DNA from: an uncultured Solibacteraceae bacterium
GTDB lineage: Bacteria; Acidobacteriota; Terriglobia; Bryobacterales; Bryobacteraceae
Assembly (NCBI GenBank): GCA_963807205.1
Contig: CAWEAQ010000001.1
Span: forward strand, 450,273 to 514,272
Direction: 5' to 3'
DNA length: 64,000 bases
Shown: positions 63,590 through 64,000 of the stretch, one piece after another
Layout: each line of letters starts with the position of its first letter
Numbering within the stretch: position 1 is the stretch's first letter
Position numbers and translations under genes: made by a program
Notes under the pieces: generated by a model
What the model was told of the DNA's origin: nothing
Seen by the model: only the letters and a program-made list of their open reading frames with translations
The model's database searches: none

Positions 63590-64000
63590 TTCGCCGGGCC
63601 GCGCGCCCTTCATCGTGTCTCAGTCCGAGTTCCCGCTTGAGTTCCTCGTAGTCGCGCTCAATCACCCACCGGCGCTTGCCGATCCCGGCCAGCCGTTTCA
63701 GCGGGATGTTTGCTGGCAATCGCGCCACCCCACTTCCCGCCAGACTCTCTTCGGCAGACTCCCACTCCCGGCGGCCACCGGCAAGCTCACCGCCACCCGG
63801 TCCATTCTCCTGCATAGCCGGCGTCGCTCCAGCATGCCTTCTCCACGAGATAATGCAGTGACTCGTGCAGGCGCTCCACGCGATCGGGAGCCACGCGCGC
63901 CGTCACGGGCTCGATGCTCTTGCGTTCGCCGTCCAGCAACAACCCCGTACAGAAATTCCGCAGAGGGAGGTTGCGGTCAGCATGCCCCGCGGCTTGCGCC
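63590..64000 (-). mobile_element. IS701-family transposase remnant (internally deleted, frameshifted; continues beyond window)
   Basis: The minus strand from 64000 reads ..NFCTGLLLDGERKSIEPVTARVAPDRVERLHESLHYLVEKACWSD.. (N-terminal region of IS701-type DDE transposases). A stop follows. A different frame (ORF 63360..63815) reads ..LPANIPLKRLAGIGKRRWVIERDYEELKRELGLRHDEGR (C-terminal region). The roughly 250 aa expected between the two parts are absent. Confidence 0.65.

Noticed and set aside
1-64000. CRISPR arrays, tRNA and rRNA genes
   Set aside because: I saw no regularly spaced direct repeats of 25-40 nt, no tRNA-like T-arm/acceptor patterns in intergenic regions, and no rRNA-like segments. 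This was a visual scan only; tRNAscan-SE, Infernal or minced would be decisive.

Overview
High-GC bacterial chromosomal segment. The gene content looks like Acidobacteriota (Solibacter/Bryobacter-like); this is an inference from family content, not a search result. I support about 50 protein-coding genes.

Recurring themes:
- Five secreted VWA-domain proteins share the acidobacterial 'VWFA-related' N-terminal motif (10346, 12292, 30232, 41275, 46964).
- There are two CarboxypepD_reg/Oar-like TonB-dependent-receptor-like genes.
- A BlaI/BlaR1(M56)-TonB_C pair is present.
- An NHL-repeat protein carries a Solibacter-type C-terminal domain.
- Three transporter permease genes have no ATPase partner nearby.

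Housekeeping islands:
- Polyamine genes: a deoxyhypusine-synthase-like gene and an ODC-like decarboxylase, with agmatine deiminase 7 kb away.
- glgX.
- moeA-moaC-moaB.
- Glutathione peroxidase.
- yggS.
- Nucleotide-sugar dehydrogenase and two GT4 glycosyltransferases.

I saw no rRNA, tRNA or CRISPR array by eye.

Observations most worth follow-up:
1. A TonB-dependent-receptor-like ORF lacks a stop codon and runs in frame into a polytopic LytS-type sensor kinase. That kinase is itself broken by a 1-nt frameshift exactly at the phospho-acceptor His codon.
2. An Oar-like receptor/VWA/DUF4097-like operon sits divergent from a two-component system. A tandem 9-mer lies in the shared promoter region and a perfect 33-bp inverted repeat lies inside the operon.
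3. A structured REP-like repeat family shows compensatory stem changes between copies.
4. A pair of VWA paralogues brackets a 4.6-kb insert. The insert carries repeats, a beta-propeller/phosphoesterase fusion gene and a decayed PIN toxin.
5. IS remnants lie at the right edge.

All functional calls come from motif and family recognition by eye, and gene starts are approximate.
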